Part shown: positions 35,462 through 45,283 of the stretch, piece after piece
Position numbering within the stretch: position 1 is the first letter of the stretch
Layout: the number at the start of each line of letters is the position of its first letter
Source of the DNA: Spirochaetia bacterium
GTDB lineage: Bacteria; Spirochaetota; Spirochaetia; UBA9216
DNA: 64,000 bases
Assembly: GCA_963677925.2 (NCBI GenBank)
Contig: CAXXYH010000004.1
Location: 1,376,001-1,440,000 of the forward strand
Direction of reading: 5' to 3'
The notes under the pieces: generated by a model
What the model saw: the letters and a program-made list of their open reading frames with translations, nothing else
Told to the model about the DNA's origin: nothing
Database searches by the model: none
Program-made: the position numbers and the translations under genes

Positions 35462-35865
35462 GCTGAAGCCCCCTTCTTTTCCTTTAGTGATATTACGTCT
35501 TTGGGACACCATTCTATACAGGCGGGTTCTCCTCCGCAGAGATCACAGATTACTGATTTTTTTTCGTCTAAAAAGATTATCTTTGTAGGGCAGTTTCTAA
35601 CGCAGGTTCCGCAGCCTATACATTTGGCTTCGTCCACTATCATCCACCTGCCGTTGCTTGTAATTGCATTTTCAGGGCATACTTTTTCGCATTTACGGCA
35701 CATAATACAATGTTTGGACGCTATTTTAATACCGTCATCATTGTATTCATGGATCATCTTTAATCTTGCTTTTTCCGGATTGAATACTCCGTAATGTCCG
35801 GCCGAGCAGGCGAGCTGACAGAGTTTACAGCCGGTACACCCTGAAAGATCGAATTTTAAGGGCAT
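35458..35865 (-). CDS. 4x[4Fe-4S] ferredoxin subunit of AOR (AorA/DmsB-like)
   Basis: CTGCKLCQLAC, CIMCRKCEKVCP, CIGCGTCVRNCP, CDLCGGEPACIEWCP. Confidence 0.92.
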   Translation of the reverse strand: MPLKFDLSGCTGCKLCQLACSAGHYGVFNPEKARLKMIHEYNDDGIKIASKHCIMCRKCEKVCPENAITSNGRWMIVDEAKCIGCGTCVRNCPTKIIFLDEKKSVICDLCGGEPACIEWCPKDVISLKEKKGASA

Positions 35866-35880
35866 AACCCCTCCTTAAGT

Positions 35881-35990
35881 GATATTCTCCTTCTCAAGAT
35901 TGGAAGGCTGAACTGTTTCCGGTTCAACCCTGGCGGCCTGCTTCCATAGACTGAGATTCGCCCTGCAGGAAGGTCAGCTCGGAGTATGAT
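35881..35990 (-). ncRNA. Moco RNA motif riboswitch, P3-less (Tuco) variant
   Basis: Minus strand CUCCGAGC...CUAUGG...GGCC-GC-CAGGGU...GAAAC...GCCUUCC...GAGAAGGAG matches the Moco motif order; lies directly upstream of the AOR operon. Confidence 0.8.
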
Positions 35991-36120
35991 TCATTATAAA
36001 TCAACTTATCATCTTTGCAATTCTGTTTTTCGTCATTTCAGAGCAATATCAGTTTGAAATCAGAGAAAATGTAAAAATCTATGGTATAAATAGATACAGC
36101 GTTATTTGCGGGGGATTAGT

Positions 36121-36324
36121 GTGCTTACGGTCAATGGAAAACCGGTAGAATGGAGGGAGGATATTTCGTTTTCAGAAATATATTCAGCTATCGGTTATAC
36201 AATCAGCAATCCACGGGTAATTGTCAGGGTTAACGGCATTAATGTTCCGAAAACGGAGCGTGCCGGTTTCAGTATTCCTGACGAGGCTGAAATAGAGGTT
36301 ATAAACACTCTTTGCGGAGGCTGA
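36121..36324 (+). CDS. ThiS/MoaD-family sulfur carrier
   Basis: LTVNG..., V.VNG..VP, C-terminal CGG; GTG start at 36121 preferred. Confidence 0.82.
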   Translation: MLTVNGKPVEWREDISFSEIYSAIGYTISNPRVIVRVNGINVPKTERAGFSIPDEAEIEVINTLCGG

Positions 36325-36331
36325 GCAATTA

Positions 36332-38020
36332 ATGAACAGAAGAATATGGCTCACAGGCATACTGAGTATTGCCGTCATTTTTATCACGGTATACATCTAC
36401 AACACCTTCTTTCTTCCCGATAATGATTCCAATTCTGATGCAGAACCGGCTTCAGCCGCAGCTGTTGAAACAGCTGAAGAGCAGGGGCCTGATAAAAGCA
36501 GTTTTTATAAATCGGTATCTCCTGAAAAATCAGGCTACTACAGTTACGAAACCAGTCTGCTGACTGCCGTCTTTGATCTGAATGACGGAACACTGCATTC
36601 TCTGTTTTTGAAGGAGTATTCAGAACCGGACGGAAGCCCGACAGATCTGGTTTATTCAGATGATAGCGGTCTCTATCCTTTCAGGCTTTCAGCGGGAGGT
36701 TTTGACGGATATGAATTAAACGGTCCGTACCAGGTGAAGGAGCTGGAGGACGGAATCGCGTTTTACACTGATTACATATCTGATTCTGAGCGTTTTAAGG
36801 TTGTACTTAACTATCATTTTGATGATTCTGATTATATGTTCCGATTCAATCTTAAACTCAATCCGGAACCGGGCTTCTCTTTACCGCAGGATTCAGCCGG
36901 TAATGTTTACAGTCTGGGATTCGGACCGCAGCTGGGGCCCGGGTTTAAGGAAACTGAACGAAGTTATGTTTACCGGTATTTCTGTCTGGAAAGCGAGGGT
37001 GAAAAGAAGAATCTAGCCGTTCCCGAAACCCAGGGATATCTTGAACTCGAAGGTACTTTCAAGTGGATGGGCGTGGAGGGCCGGTATTTTGCTGGGGTCC
37101 TGGCTCCCGTTAACCTTGAATATTCAGCGGTCTGGGTCGACAGCCCTCTTGACGGCATTGTAAAGCAGAACAGCTTTTATGTTCAGCGAAGTTCTGACGG
37201 AAGCGCTGTAGATGATACCTATCTTGTTTATTACGGGCCGAAGGATTCAGCAGTGCTCTCGGGATACGAAAATTTTGAAACCGGAGGATTCAGCACTGCG
37301 GATCTTAATCTGAAACTGCTTTCAGGCCGGGATTCGTTTACTGATATCCTTTCGGGTATTCCGCATGTGATTCTGAATCTCTTATTCAGAATCATTCCCA
37401 ATTACGGCATTGGAATAATTATACTTGTCCTTGCTGTACAGGCTGCGATATTTCCATTATCCCGCAGGACATATGGAAATGCGATACGAATGCAGCTTCT
37501 CGGCCCTAAAATATCGGAATTAAAGAAGCAGTTTCAGTGGAATACAGAAAAGATGAACCAGGAAGTTCTGGCTCTTTTTGAGAAAAATGACGTAAAACCG
37601 CGCTCCAGTTTTCTGCCGATGATAATCCATCTTCCGGTTTTTATTCTTCTGTATATTCTGCTTCTGACCGACATAGATTTCAGAGCAGCTGTCTTTATTC
37701 CCGGCTGGATACCCGATATCTCTGTCCCTGAGTACATTTGGAATTTTTCTCCTTTTACGGTTCCGGTAACGGGCTGGACAAAATTGAGAATTCTACCCTT
37801 AATAATTCTTTGTATTTCAATAATTCAGTCAAGATATATTCAGGCTCCCCAGGATTCTGTGGGAAGCATGCGTGTTATGTCTTATGTTATTCCGGTTCTC
37901 ATGTTCCTTGTTATTTATAATATGCCCTCCGGAGTTCAGCTGTACTGGCTTGTGATGACTCTGACTAATCTGATACTTCAATGGAGGCTAAAAATTCATT
38001 ATGGGCGTTCTCAAACTTAA
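36332..38020 (+). CDS. yidC: Membrane protein insertase YidC
   Basis: N-terminal TM, periplasmic domain with Y.GPK, PNYGIGII, P.ISELK, LP.IIHLPVF, WIPD.S.P, NMPSGVQLYW. Confidence 0.88.
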   Translation: MNRRIWLTGILSIAVIFITVYIYNTFFLPDNDSNSDAEPASAAAVETAEEQGPDKSSFYKSVSPEKSGYYSYETSLLTAVFDLNDGTLHSLFLKEYSEPDGSPTDLVYSDDSGLYPFRLSAGGFDGYELNGPYQVKELEDGIAFYTDYISDSERFKVVLNYHFDDSDYMFRFNLKLNPEPGFSLPQDSAGNVYSLGFGPQLGPGFKETERSYVYRYFCLESEGEKKNLAVPETQGYLELEGTFKWMGVEGRYFAGVLAPVNLEYSAVWVDSPLDGIVKQNSFYVQRSSDGSAVDDTYLVYYGPKDSAVLSGYENFETGGFSTADLNLKLLSGRDSFTDILSGIPHVILNLLFRIIPNYGIGIIILVLAVQAAIFPLSRRTYGNAIRMQLLGPKISELKKQFQWNTEKMNQEVLALFEKNDVKPRSSFLPMIIHLPVFILLYILLLTDIDFRAAVFIPGWIPDISVPEYIWNFSPFTVPVTGWTKLRILPLIILCISIIQSRYIQAPQDSVGSMRVMSYVIPVLMFLVIYNMPSGVQLYWLVMTLTNLILQWRLKIHYGRSQT

Positions 38021-38876
38021 TAAAAGCGGCCGCAAGGCTGAAATATTTCTTCTTATCTCCGCTTTCTTATGGGGCGGAGAGTATGTTGTTGTAAAGGATG
38101 CAGTTGCCTACCTGCCTCCGAACTGGATTAACGCTGTCCGTTTTCTTTCGGCCAGTGCTATTCTTTTTGTAATTTTCAGAAAATCAATTATTAAGACCAG
38201 TATTCAGGAAATAAAGGCAGGTATTATTCTCGGTGTTTTCCTCTTCGGCGGTTTCGCTCTGCAGACCATAGGGATTCAATATACAACTGCAAGTAAATCA
38301 GGCTTTCTTACATCTGTTTATGTTGTAATCGTCCCCTTTGCGGTATGGATTCTAAAGGGGAAGAGTCCGGGAGTCAGAGCTTTTATAAGCGCCCTTGTCT
38401 GTATTGCCGGGGTTGCCTTTATATCCCTTGAGAACGGTTTCAAATTTAATCCCGGCGATGTCCTTACTCTAGGTGCTGCCGTCTTCTATGCCGGCGGAAT
38501 CATCGGCTTTGATCATTATTCAAAAATCTATGTTCCGATTAACCTGACGTTTTATGAAATGTTTGCAGCCGGAATATTCTCGCTTATTGTATTTCTCGGT
38601 TTTGAGTCTGCACCTTCGATTCAGTGGGGAGCATATGAAATATCCCAGATGCTCTATATAATTGTGCTGGGATCCCTTGTCTGTCATCTGCTTTCAAATG
38701 TTGCAATGAAATATCTAGAGGCAGCCAGAGCATCAATCCTGTATTCATTTGAATCAGTTTTTGCCCTTGTCCTCTCAGCTATTTTTCTCCATGAACGCTT
38801 TTCATTTCAGGCCGTTATCGGTTTTATTCTGATTTTCTCCTCCCTTCTTATCAGTGAAAGCTCAGATATAGATTAG
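38001..38876 (+). CDS. DMT/EamA-family transporter
   Basis: LWGG..VVVK, RF, LQTIGIQYTTASKSGFLT, GD.LTL, SFESVFA; 10 TM. Confidence 0.9.
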   Translation: MGVLKLNKSGRKAEIFLLISAFLWGGEYVVVKDAVAYLPPNWINAVRFLSASAILFVIFRKSIIKTSIQEIKAGIILGVFLFGGFALQTIGIQYTTASKSGFLTSVYVVIVPFAVWILKGKSPGVRAFISALVCIAGVAFISLENGFKFNPGDVLTLGAAVFYAGGIIGFDHYSKIYVPINLTFYEMFAAGIFSLIVFLGFESAPSIQWGAYEISQMLYIIVLGSLVCHLLSNVAMKYLEAARASILYSFESVFALVLSAIFLHERFSFQAVIGFILIFSSLLISESSDID

Positions 38877-38910
38877 TTTACTGATTTTTTTTGCTTTTTT
38901 GAGACAGAAT

Positions 38911-38973
38911 AGCAAATTATACTCACAAATAATCAAAATGAAACTTGTTTTATGATTTAAGAGAGTGTATAAT
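38911..38973 (+). promoter_or_regulatory. Promoter with upstream ATCAAAA-type repeats
   Basis: actcacaaat-aatcaaaatg-aaac, -35 TTGTTT, 17 nt, -10 TATAAT. Confidence 0.55.
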
Positions 38974-39061
38974 AGCCAAAACGCTCAATTAGAGTTTCTA
39001 TAATACTGCAATATTTAACCTTAATTTTATTAATGAATAATTTTTTTGGAGGAGACCACAT

Positions 39062-39847
39062 ATGGCTGAAAACTACAAAGAGCCTAAAATTGTTTTTGAC
39101 GGATGGACAGCACCGGCCGGAACAGGAATTATTGTAACCGGAGGCGCAAGCGGAATCGGCGCTGCAACATGTATTCTTGCTGCACAGTATGGTTTGAAAG
39201 TTTCTGCATGGGATATGAATGTAAACGGCATTGATGAAACAATTGAAAGAGCCGGAGAATACGGCAGCAATATAAAGGCCATTCAGTGCGACCTCAGCAG
39301 CGATGAATCTGTTGCGGAAGCAATGAATAAGACAATAGAATGGGCAAAGCCTCTTTATCTAGCAAATGTTGCCGGTCCTACAATGCTCGGAGCAAAGGGC
39401 AGATCTTTTGAAGATGTTGTTCAGCTTGCTCTTGGTATGATTAACAGGGTTTCTGAAGCCTTTGTTGCAAGTGTGCCCGCTGAAGGAGCTGCGATATGCA
39501 ATGTATCTGCTGTTGCCGGTGTTTTTGTTGGTGATAAGAACGGCGAAGCCTGGTATCCAACAGCAAAAGCAGGTATTGTAGGCTGGTCGCTTAACCGTGC
39601 ATGTGCATATCAGGGCAAGGTCAGGGTTAATGTTATATGTCCGGGAGGACCAATTCTCACCCCCCGTAACTATAATTTTATTGATACTGCACCGGGGCTT
39701 CTTGAGCTTAAAAAGAGAAATCCTATGCATCGTCCCGGACGTCCTGAAGAATGTGCCGCAGGTATAATGTTTTTTCTCTCACCTGCGGCAAGTTATGTTA
39801 ATGGTCAGGTAATGGCTGTTGACGGCGGACTCACACGCGAAGCATAA
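39062..39847 (+). CDS. SDR oxidoreductase
   Basis: TGGASGIG, NVAG, YPTAK, RVNVICPG, YVNGQVMAVDGG. Confidence 0.92.
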   Translation: MAENYKEPKIVFDGWTAPAGTGIIVTGGASGIGAATCILAAQYGLKVSAWDMNVNGIDETIERAGEYGSNIKAIQCDLSSDESVAEAMNKTIEWAKPLYLANVAGPTMLGAKGRSFEDVVQLALGMINRVSEAFVASVPAEGAAICNVSAVAGVFVGDKNGEAWYPTAKAGIVGWSLNRACAYQGKVRVNVICPGGPILTPRNYNFIDTAPGLLELKKRNPMHRPGRPEECAAGIMFFLSPAASYVNGQVMAVDGGLTREA

Positions 39848-39865
39848 TTAAAGAGGAGTAATTGA

Positions 39866-40543
39866 ATGTCAAATAATATCAGCAATGAAAGAAAAGAAAG
39901 CCTTGTAAAATCAGTTAAGAAACTGCAGGCATATGAAGAAATTCAGAACACTATGGGCCGCTGTACGGCTGCATTTAATTTCAGACAGGCAGAAAAGGTT
40001 TTAGGCTTTTTTGCAATGAAACAGGCCGATGTTTCGGTAGAATACTCGGACGAGGGCGTTTTTGAAAGTCCTGAAAATGTAAAATCCATAATTATGGAAG
40101 TTGTAGGTGCTCCTCAGGAAAAAGGCGAGATGATGGATATGCAGCTTACTACACCTATGATTGTTGTAGCCGATGACCTGCAGACTGCAAAAGCCGTATG
40201 GTGGTGTCCGGGCGGAGGTGCTATACCGCAGGAAAATGCTGATCCTATGGCTGTATGGAACTGGGGACAGATTGCCGCCGATTTTATTCTTGAAGACGGG
40301 GAATGGAAGATTTGGCATTTTCACTGGTTCAGAATGTTTAAGTGTTCATATGAAAAGGGCTGGGTAGAAGATCTCAGTATGCTGCACAGGCTTAACACTC
40401 CAGTTCATCCTCTTTCTAAACCATCTACTTATCACAATCCGTACTCTCCTACAGGTATCAGAGAAGGAATTCCTGCCTGTCCGCGTCCGTACGAGACATA
40501 TACTGACAGCAGCTGGATGCTTGAAACCGATAAGACAAAGTAG
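39866..40543 (+). CDS. NTF2-like / SnoaL_4 family protein
   Basis: EEIQN.MGR, LTTPMIVVADD.QTAKAVW, DFILEDGEWKIWH, C-terminal P.PY.T. Confidence 0.82.
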   Translation: MSNNISNERKESLVKSVKKLQAYEEIQNTMGRCTAAFNFRQAEKVLGFFAMKQADVSVEYSDEGVFESPENVKSIIMEVVGAPQEKGEMMDMQLTTPMIVVADDLQTAKAVWWCPGGGAIPQENADPMAVWNWGQIAADFILEDGEWKIWHFHWFRMFKCSYEKGWVEDLSMLHRLNTPVHPLSKPSTYHNPYSPTGIREGIPACPRPYETYTDSSWMLETDKTK

Positions 40544-40552
40544 GGGGCTTTC

Positions 40553-41224
40553 ATGAATTTTGATTTAAATGAACTTGATGAATTAAGTAATGAGGAATTT
40601 GAAGCGCTTGAAAAAAGCGTTAATAAGCTCCTTGCAGTCTGGGAAATCAAAAATGTAAGGGGTAATGCCGCTATCTTTCATGATGATCAGAGAATTGGTC
40701 AGAAAAGAAGAGAGCTGCAGTCTATGAAGCATCCGAGTGTCGATGTTGAAGGTATTATGGCTTTCCGCAGCAAGGCAGTTGTAGACAGTCTTGAAGGAAA
40801 TATGCTCATTCACCCGCTGACAACACCTGTCATAGAAGTAAATGATGAGTGTACAATGGCCAGAGGCGTATGGTGGTCTATAGGTGTTGAAGGCCTATCA
40901 AAGTTCAGGGAAACTCCGATGGCAATAATCAGCCTTGGAATGGTTCCCGGCACCCATATTGTTGAAGACGGGGAGTGGCGTGTGCTAAGCGGAGCCTGGC
41001 AGCGGACTACTAAAAATGAATACAAGAAAGGCTGGGTTCACGATATGCAGCCGACTAACACAAGACCTCCGCTGACTCCGGAACAGGATCGAAACTTCCT
41101 CGGAAAATATTCCTACCAGAAGGATGAATATAGAAAAGCTTCTCCGGAGCCTCCGCGGCCCGATACCTGGGAAAAATTCCCTGATGAAACGGATAATTCC
41201 TGGCTTTATGTTAATATAGAGTAG
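40553..41224 (+). CDS. NTF2-like / SnoaL_4 family protein (paralogue)
   Basis: WEIKN, HPLTTPVIEV...TMARGVW, EDGEWR, PEPP.PDTW. Confidence 0.8.
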   Translation: MNFDLNELDELSNEEFEALEKSVNKLLAVWEIKNVRGNAAIFHDDQRIGQKRRELQSMKHPSVDVEGIMAFRSKAVVDSLEGNMLIHPLTTPVIEVNDECTMARGVWWSIGVEGLSKFRETPMAIISLGMVPGTHIVEDGEWRVLSGAWQRTTKNEYKKGWVHDMQPTNTRPPLTPEQDRNFLGKYSYQKDEYRKASPEPPRPDTWEKFPDETDNSWLYVNIE

Positions 41225-41243
41225 GAATATTAGAGAGGTTTAA

Positions 41244-41948
41244 ATGCAGATTATTAAAGATGTATATCAGCTTTGCGGTTCCCCCTACGGTCTTGCGAGA
41301 GCCGTATCAAACTGCTATGCCGTAAAAGGCCAGGATTCTGTAATTCTTATAGATTCCGGAGTTGATGAAAATCAGCTTAATATAATAGATGCAAACATGA
41401 AATACTGGGGACTTGATAAGTTCCCGGTATCTCATCTGCTTATTACTCATTCCCATTTTGATCACAGCGGTAATGCCCATGTTTTTAAAGAGCGGGGTGC
41501 AGTTGTTTATGCCGGTCCCGGCGATGCAGAAGGAATTGAGAAGGGCGACGACCGTACCATCGGATATGCCTTTAACAGAACATTTCCAGTCTGTAAAGTT
41601 GATACAGTTCTTAAGGATGGTGATGTTATACAGGCTGGCGGTTTGGAGTTTAAGGTTATTCATATGCCCGGTCATACTGCAGGAAGTCTTATTTTCAGTA
41701 TTGAAATGGAAGGCCGTCTAATCTTTTTTACCGGAGATGTAATCAATATAAGTGCTGAATGTGATGAGGCTCTGCTGGGCTGGAACGGCAGTGTTGACTA
41801 TGACAAGGCTGCGTATTTTCAATCAATAACAAAGATTAAAGATATGGAACCGGATATAATTCTCGGCGGACATTTTGACAACTGCCTGATAGATTCTGGA
41901 AGGATTATCAAAAACGCCTACCTTAAGGCGCTTCTCGAGCTAAGATAG
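41244..41948 (+). CDS. Metallo-beta-lactamase fold hydrolase
   Basis: LIDSG, THSHFDHSG, PGHTAGS, FTGD, GGH. Confidence 0.92.
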   Translation: MQIIKDVYQLCGSPYGLARAVSNCYAVKGQDSVILIDSGVDENQLNIIDANMKYWGLDKFPVSHLLITHSHFDHSGNAHVFKERGAVVYAGPGDAEGIEKGDDRTIGYAFNRTFPVCKVDTVLKDGDVIQAGGLEFKVIHMPGHTAGSLIFSIEMEGRLIFFTGDVINISAECDEALLGWNGSVDYDKAAYFQSITKIKDMEPDIILGGHFDNCLIDSGRIIKNAYLKALLELR

Positions 41949-42001
41949 AGAAACTTCTTTCCCTTTCTGTTTCCGGTTCTGAACTATATGATTGTTTAAA
42001 T

Positions 42002-42061
42002 CTTCAAAACAATCAAAATAATCAAAACAAACTTGACGTATTGACCACACAATGTTAGTAT
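42002..42061 (+). promoter_or_regulatory. ulaG promoter with three 9-nt TCAAAA repeats
   Basis: cttcaaaac-aatcaaaat-aatcaaaac-aaac, -35 TTGACG, 17 nt, -10 TAGTAT. Confidence 0.65.
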
Positions 42062-42084
42062 CGATATATAGTTAAGAGGTAATT

Positions 42085-43149
42085 ATGAGTAAAATTGATG
42101 ATATAACTAGAGAGTCCTGGATTCTGAGCACTTTTCCTGAGTGGGGAACCTGGCTTAATGAAGAAATTGAAAATGAAATCGTAGCAAAGGGTACCTTTGC
42201 AATGTGGTGGCTGGGCTGTACGGGTATCTGGGTTAAATCAGAAGGCAACACAAATATTTGTATTGATCTCTGGGTTAAGACCGGAAAAAAGACACAGTCA
42301 AACCCATGGATGACTGAGCAGCATCAGCATCAGAGAATGATAGGCTGCAAGAAGCTTCAGCCCAACCTGCGGAATGTTCCCTGTGTGCTCGATCCCTTTG
42401 CAATTAAGAAGGTCGATGCTATTCTTGCTACCCATGATCATGGCGATCACATAGATGAAAATGTTGCCGCCGCTGTAATACAGAACTGCGACAGCTGTGT
42501 TCCCTTTATAGGTCCTCAGGCATGTGTGGATCTATGGATCAAATGGGGTGTACCTGAGGAGCGCTGTAAGGCTGTTAAGCCTGGTGATGTTGAAAAGGTA
42601 GGTGATATTGAAATTATCGCTCTCGATTCTTTCGACAGAACCGAGCTTGTTACCGCACCTAAGGGGGTTACGCTAAAGGGCAAAATGCCTCAGGACATGG
42701 ATAATATTGCGGTTAACTATATAATCAAGACTCCCGGCGGTTCTCTCTATCACAGCGGAGACTCTCACTATTCAAATTATTATGCAAAGCACGGTAATGA
42801 ACACGATATTGATGTTGCTCTCGGTTCATACGGAGAAAACCCAAGGGGAATGACCGATAAGATGACATCTGTTGACATACTCAGGATGGCAGAATGTCTG
42901 AATACAAAGGTTGTAATCCCTTTCCACCATGATATATGGACTAACTTTCAGGCGGATCCGCAGGAAATCCGTGTCCTCTGGGATATGAAGAAAGACAGAC
43001 TCCAGTACAAATTTAAACCTTTTATATGGCAGGTAGGCGGAAAGTTTGTTTATCCTGCTGATAAGGATAAGCTTGAATACCACTATCCGAGAGGTTTTGA
43101 TGATGCCTTTGCGATTGAACCTGATCTTCCGTTTAAATCATTACTTTAG
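42085..43149 (+). CDS. ulaG: L-ascorbate-6-phosphate lactonase UlaG
   Basis: [63 protein letters not shown]; 354 aa like E. coli UlaG. Confidence 0.95.
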   Translation: MSKIDDITRESWILSTFPEWGTWLNEEIENEIVAKGTFAMWWLGCTGIWVKSEGNTNICIDLWVKTGKKTQSNPWMTEQHQHQRMIGCKKLQPNLRNVPCVLDPFAIKKVDAILATHDHGDHIDENVAAAVIQNCDSCVPFIGPQACVDLWIKWGVPEERCKAVKPGDVEKVGDIEIIALDSFDRTELVTAPKGVTLKGKMPQDMDNIAVNYIIKTPGGSLYHSGDSHYSNYYAKHGNEHDIDVALGSYGENPRGMTDKMTSVDILRMAECLNTKVVIPFHHDIWTNFQADPQEIRVLWDMKKDRLQYKFKPFIWQVGGKFVYPADKDKLEYHYPRGFDDAFAIEPDLPFKSLL

Positions 43150-43178
43150 CTATTTATAATCTGAAAAATTGAATACTT

Positions 43179-43207
43179 AAGCAGCCTGTCAGGGGCTGCT
43201 TTTTTTT
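43179..43207 (+). terminator. Intrinsic terminator after ulaG
   Basis: aagcagcc-tgtcagg-ggctgc followed by T8. Confidence 0.8.
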
Positions 43208-43276
43208 GTTCTCCTGTCTTTTTATTGAGATTAGCATACGTTTTGATTGTATATATAATTTATTGAGTGTTAACGT

Positions 43277-43337
43277 ACTCAAAACGATAAAAAAGAACAA
43301 AAAAAAGCTTGCGATATGAAAAGTTTAACTGTACTAT
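43277..43337 (+). promoter_or_regulatory. Opp-operon promoter with 9-nt A-rich repeats
   Basis: actcaaaac-gataaaaaa-gaacaaaaa, -35 TTGCGA, 17 nt, -10 TACTAT. Confidence 0.55.
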
Positions 43338-43407
43338 AGATCTCATAACTGCTAAAAAGATCATTATTTATCAGCTCGAATAATAGTTTGTGCAAGGAGA
43401 ATACCAA

Positions 43408-44397
43408 TTGCTTCAATACATAATCAAACGTATTTTAATGATGATCCCGGTCCTTTTAGGTGTTTCCGTTATTGTTTTTGCTCTGCAGGTTTTTACCCCC
43501 GGTGACCCTGCTGATGTTGTACTTGGTGCAACAGCCAGCGATGAACAGAGAGCAGAATGGAAAGCTAAATATGATCTGGATAAGCCCATTTACTACCAGT
43601 ACGTAAAGTACATGAAAGGATTAATCACAAAAGGAGATTTCGGAATCTCATACAGAACCGGAACTTCACTGAACAGCGAAATTGCGCACAGGTGGCCTAT
43701 TTCTTTGAAGCTTGCAATCTGCAGCGTTGTAATCGGATGTCTGATAGGTATTCCGCTGGGAATACTCTCTGCCCAGCACAGAGGGAAACTGCTGGATGCA
43801 ATTGCAAGAATTTTAGGAATTCTGGGTATATCTATCCCAATGTTCTGGCTTGCGTATCTTCTGATTATGCTGTTTGCGATCAACCTGAAACTGCTTCCGG
43901 TTTCCGGCCTGTATTCATTTAAACACTGGATACTTCCGGCTTTTACAATGGGAATCTTAAGTTCAGCTTCCATACTGCGTGTTGTCCGTTCAGCTGTTCT
44001 GGACAGTATCTCACAGGATTTTGTGAGAACTGCAAGGTCCAAGGGACAGAAGGAATCAGTTATCACCCGTCATCATATACTTAGAAACTCACTCATTCCC
44101 ATCATCAACAGTGTAGGAACCGAGTTTGCAACCAACCTTGGCGGTTCGGCAGTTATAGAAACTGTATTTGTAATCACCGGAATGGGCGTACTGATGGTTT
44201 CGGCTATAAATAACCGTGATTACGCACAGCTGAGAGCCTGTGTAATTCTGGTAGCTCTGGCTGTTTCAATTGTCAATCTGTTTATTGACCTGGCGTATGC
44301 CTTTATTGACCCGCGCATAAAGGCGCAGTTTAAAAGCACAAAAAGAATGAAGAAGAAAACAGCCGCAATCATGGATAAGGATGAAACAGATGAATGA
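43408..44397 (+). CDS. Opp/Dpp-type ABC permease (OppB-like)
   Basis: YIIKR, PGDP, GDFG.SY, DFVRTARSKG, H.LRNSLIP, YAFIDPR; TTG start after AAGGAG. Confidence 0.93.
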   Translation: MLQYIIKRILMMIPVLLGVSVIVFALQVFTPGDPADVVLGATASDEQRAEWKAKYDLDKPIYYQYVKYMKGLITKGDFGISYRTGTSLNSEIAHRWPISLKLAICSVVIGCLIGIPLGILSAQHRGKLLDAIARILGILGISIPMFWLAYLLIMLFAINLKLLPVSGLYSFKHWILPAFTMGILSSASILRVVRSAVLDSISQDFVRTARSKGQKESVITRHHILRNSLIPIINSVGTEFATNLGGSAVIETVFVITGMGVLMVSAINNRDYAQLRACVILVALAVSIVNLFIDLAYAFIDPRIKAQFKSTKRMKKKTAAIMDKDETDE

Positions 44398-45271
44398 AAC
44401 TGAGGTAAAAATGGAAGGCGCATACAAGCATCGAAGCATGTTTGCTGTTTCAATGAGAAGATTGCTTAGAAACAAGACCGCTATGCTTGGTCTTCTGATT
44501 CTGATTGTAATAATTGTTTTATGTGCAATGGCAAATGTAATCTGCCCTGAAGGATATGATGCACAGAATATTGATGACCGCTTTTTAGGCCCCGGCCAGG
44601 ACTATATATTCGGAACAGACGGATTGGGACGCTCAATGCTTGCAAGAATTCTTTATGGAGGAAGATCATCGCTTCTTATAGGTTTTTCAGCAGCTGTAAT
44701 CAGTGTGTTTTTTGGAGTGATCTTCGGCCTGGCATCTGCTTTTTACGGAGGCAAAACTGACAACATAATTATGCGTATTCTTGATGTCCTCAATGCCATC
44801 CCTCCCATGCTCCTGGCTATCTGCGTATCAGCGCTTTTCGGAGGTACGGTAAGAAACTGCATCATCGCAGTCGGCATAGCTTGTATCCCAGGCTCCACAA
44901 AGGCAATAAGAGGTCCTGCACTGTCGGTTATGGGGCAGGATTTTATTGAAGCAGCAAGAAGTATTGATGCCGGTGACTGGAGGATAATGCTGAGGCATGT
45001 CCTGCCCAGTATAAGCAGTATGCTTATAGTTAACTTCACCATGCGTGTCGGACTGTCTGTTCTTATAGCCTCTGCCCTGAGTTTTCTGGGGCTTGGAGTT
45101 CAGCCGCCGTCTCCTGAATGGGGCGCGATGCTTGCAAGCGCCCGTACCTACATGCGTAATTATCCCTATCTCGTAACAATTCCGGGAAGCGCCATTGCTC
45201 TGGTTGTTTTATCTATGAATTTGTTTGGTGACGGGCTTCGTGATGCCCTTGACCCCAAACTGAAGTATTAA
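44381..45271 (+). CDS. Opp/Dpp-type ABC permease (OppC-like)
   Basis: FGTDGLGR, FIEAARSI, LSFLGLGVQPP.PEWG, GDGLRDALDP. Confidence 0.93.
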   Translation: MKQMNETEVKMEGAYKHRSMFAVSMRRLLRNKTAMLGLLILIVIIVLCAMANVICPEGYDAQNIDDRFLGPGQDYIFGTDGLGRSMLARILYGGRSSLLIGFSAAVISVFFGVIFGLASAFYGGKTDNIIMRILDVLNAIPPMLLAICVSALFGGTVRNCIIAVGIACIPGSTKAIRGPALSVMGQDFIEAARSIDAGDWRIMLRHVLPSISSMLIVNFTMRVGLSVLIASALSFLGLGVQPPSPEWGAMLASARTYMRNYPYLVTIPGSAIALVVLSMNLFGDGLRDALDPKLKY

Positions 45272-45283
45272 GGCGGAATTGAA

